A program made the position numbers and the translations under genes. From positions 384,001 to 448,000 of the forward strand of contig CAXXMB010000001.1 of NCBI GenBank assembly GCA_963668675.2: DNA of 64,000 nucleotides. Direction: 5' to 3'. Of the stretch, positions 62,874-64,000 are shown piece by piece (within the stretch, counting starts at the first letter, position 1; every line of letters begins with the position of its first letter). The notes under the pieces were generated by a model that saw nothing but the letters and a program-made list of their open reading frames with translations, did not search any database and was not told where the DNA came from. The DNA is from an uncultured Desulfatitalea sp. GTDB lineage: Bacteria; Desulfobacterota; Desulfobacteria; Desulfobacterales; Desulfosarcinaceae.

Positions 62874-64000
62874 ATGACAGGATTGAGAGAAAAGGTCATC
62901 CGAGGCTTCATGTGGCTGAGCAGTTTGACCTTTGTGGGGCAGGCCATCACCTGGGCCATCACCCTGGTGGTGATCCGGCTGCTGGATCCCAAGGATTACG
63001 GGCTCATGGCCATGGCCACGGTTTTCATCGGCTTTCTGGCCATTCTCAACGAGCTGGGGTTGGGGCCGGCCGTCATTCAGAAGCCCGATCTCACCGAACA
63101 GGACCTGCGCAAGGCCAACGGGTGTGTACTGATCATCAATGTCGTGCTGTACGGCGTCCTGTTTCTCTGTGCGCCGGCCATCGCATGGTTTTTCGACGAG
63201 CCGCGCTTGGTTCCGATCATCCGTGTGCTTGGTCTGAATTTTGTGCTGCTTTCGGGCTATTTTCTGCCTCAGTCTCTCATGGCCCGGGAGATGGATTTCA
63301 AGACCCGTTCGATCATCGAGCTGCTGGGCAATCTCACCTCCAGCGGCATCGTTCTGGGATTGGCCCTGGCCGGTTTCGGCGTCTGGGCCCTGGTCATGGG
63401 GCCCCTCGGTATGCATCTCTTCAAGGCGATCGCTTTCAATTGCTTCAAGACATACCGCCACAAACCGCTGCTGTCGGTCAAAGGCATGCGCAGCATGTTC
63501 GTCTTCGGCGGCTACGTAAGCTTGACCCGGGTGGTTTGGTATTTCTACTCCCAGGCGGATATTCTCATCTGCGGCAAGCTGTTCGGAAAAAACCTGCTGG
63601 GCATCTACGCGGTCGCAATGCAGCTGGTTTCCATTCCCATGTCCAAAATCAGCCCCTTGCTGTCCCAGATCGGATTCTCCGCCTTTTCCAGGATCCAGGC
63701 CGATCTGCCGGCTGTCCAGACCAATTTTCTCCGGGCGGTCCACTTGATCAGTCTGCTCTCGTTTCCTCTGTTCTGGGGCTTGGCCATGGTATCTCCGGAA
63801 GCGGTCCCGTGGCTGCTCGGTGACAAATGGCAAAGCGTTGTGGTGCCCATTCAATTGCTCAGTGTTGTCATGCCGCTGCGCTTCATTGATACCATCTTCG
63901 GCCCGGTCGTGTCGGGGCGGGGACGCCCGGATGTGATCATGTGGAACATGGTAGCGGCCATCGTGATCATGCCTGCGGCGTTTCTCCTCGGGGCGCGCTG
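62874..64000 (+). CDS. wzx: Wzx flippase (WzxC-like), truncated by the window end; not in the ORF track
   Basis: Manual translation MTGLREKVIRGFMWLSS...IRLLDPKDYGLMAMA...ELGLGPAVIQK...GFGVWALV...LGIYAVA; multi-TM. Confidence 0.88.
   Translation, partial: MTGLREKVIRGFMWLSSLTFVGQAITWAITLVVIRLLDPKDYGLMAMATVFIGFLAILNELGLGPAVIQKPDLTEQDLRKANGCVLIINVVLYGVLFLCAPAIAWFFDEPRLVPIIRVLGLNFVLLSGYFLPQSLMAREMDFKTRSIIELLGNLTSSGIVLGLALAGFGVWALVMGPLGMHLFKAIAFNCFKTYRHKPLLSVKGMRSMFVFGGYVSLTRVVWYFYSQADILICGKLFGKNLLGIYAVAMQLVSIPMSKISPLLSQIGFSAFSRIQADLPAVQTNFLRAVHLISLLSFPLFWGLAMVSPEAVPWLLGDKWQSVVVPIQLLSVVMPLRFIDTIFGPVVSGRGRPDVIMWNMVAAIVIMPAAFLLGAR

Noticed and set aside
62805..63854. Long ORFs 62805-63854 (-) and 62816-63823 (+)
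   Set aside because: Shadow frames of the wzx gene, which the track missed because its stop is outside the window

Overview
Bacterial chromosome segment, almost all on the + strand. Gene content and repeat style suggest a Desulfobacterota-like (sulfate-reducer type) organism; this is inference, not checked. 1-21.7 kb is housekeeping: ileS-lspA-holA, a liv-type branched-chain amino acid ABC transporter, a REP-flanked RAYT (HUH/Y1) transposase, argC, folD, an M23 peptidase, secA, a metallophosphoesterase and the N-end-rule cluster clpS-clpA-aat. From about 22 kb to the window end is one large exosortase/EpsI-associated Wzx-type exopolysaccharide locus. It opens with an AT-rich regulatory block: a stand-alone receiver, an intact sigma54 activator, an unannotated 58-aa (D/E)RR-repeat microprotein, a degenerate activator and sigma54 promoter motifs. 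The locus carries an unusually large tailoring set: ComA/ComB (sulfolactate synthesis), a LarA-family racemase, AMP-ligase + carrier protein + MBOAT + SGNH (Dlt-like relay), three ATP-grasp ligases, two FemAB-like transferases, NadE-like, AsnB-like and CapK/PaaK-like enzymes. Best candidate for an undescribed system: sulfolactyl/aminoacyl decoration of a surface glycan. Intergenic spaces hold several nested families of REP/MITE-like palindromes. All product calls come from motifs read by eye; no database searches were run.
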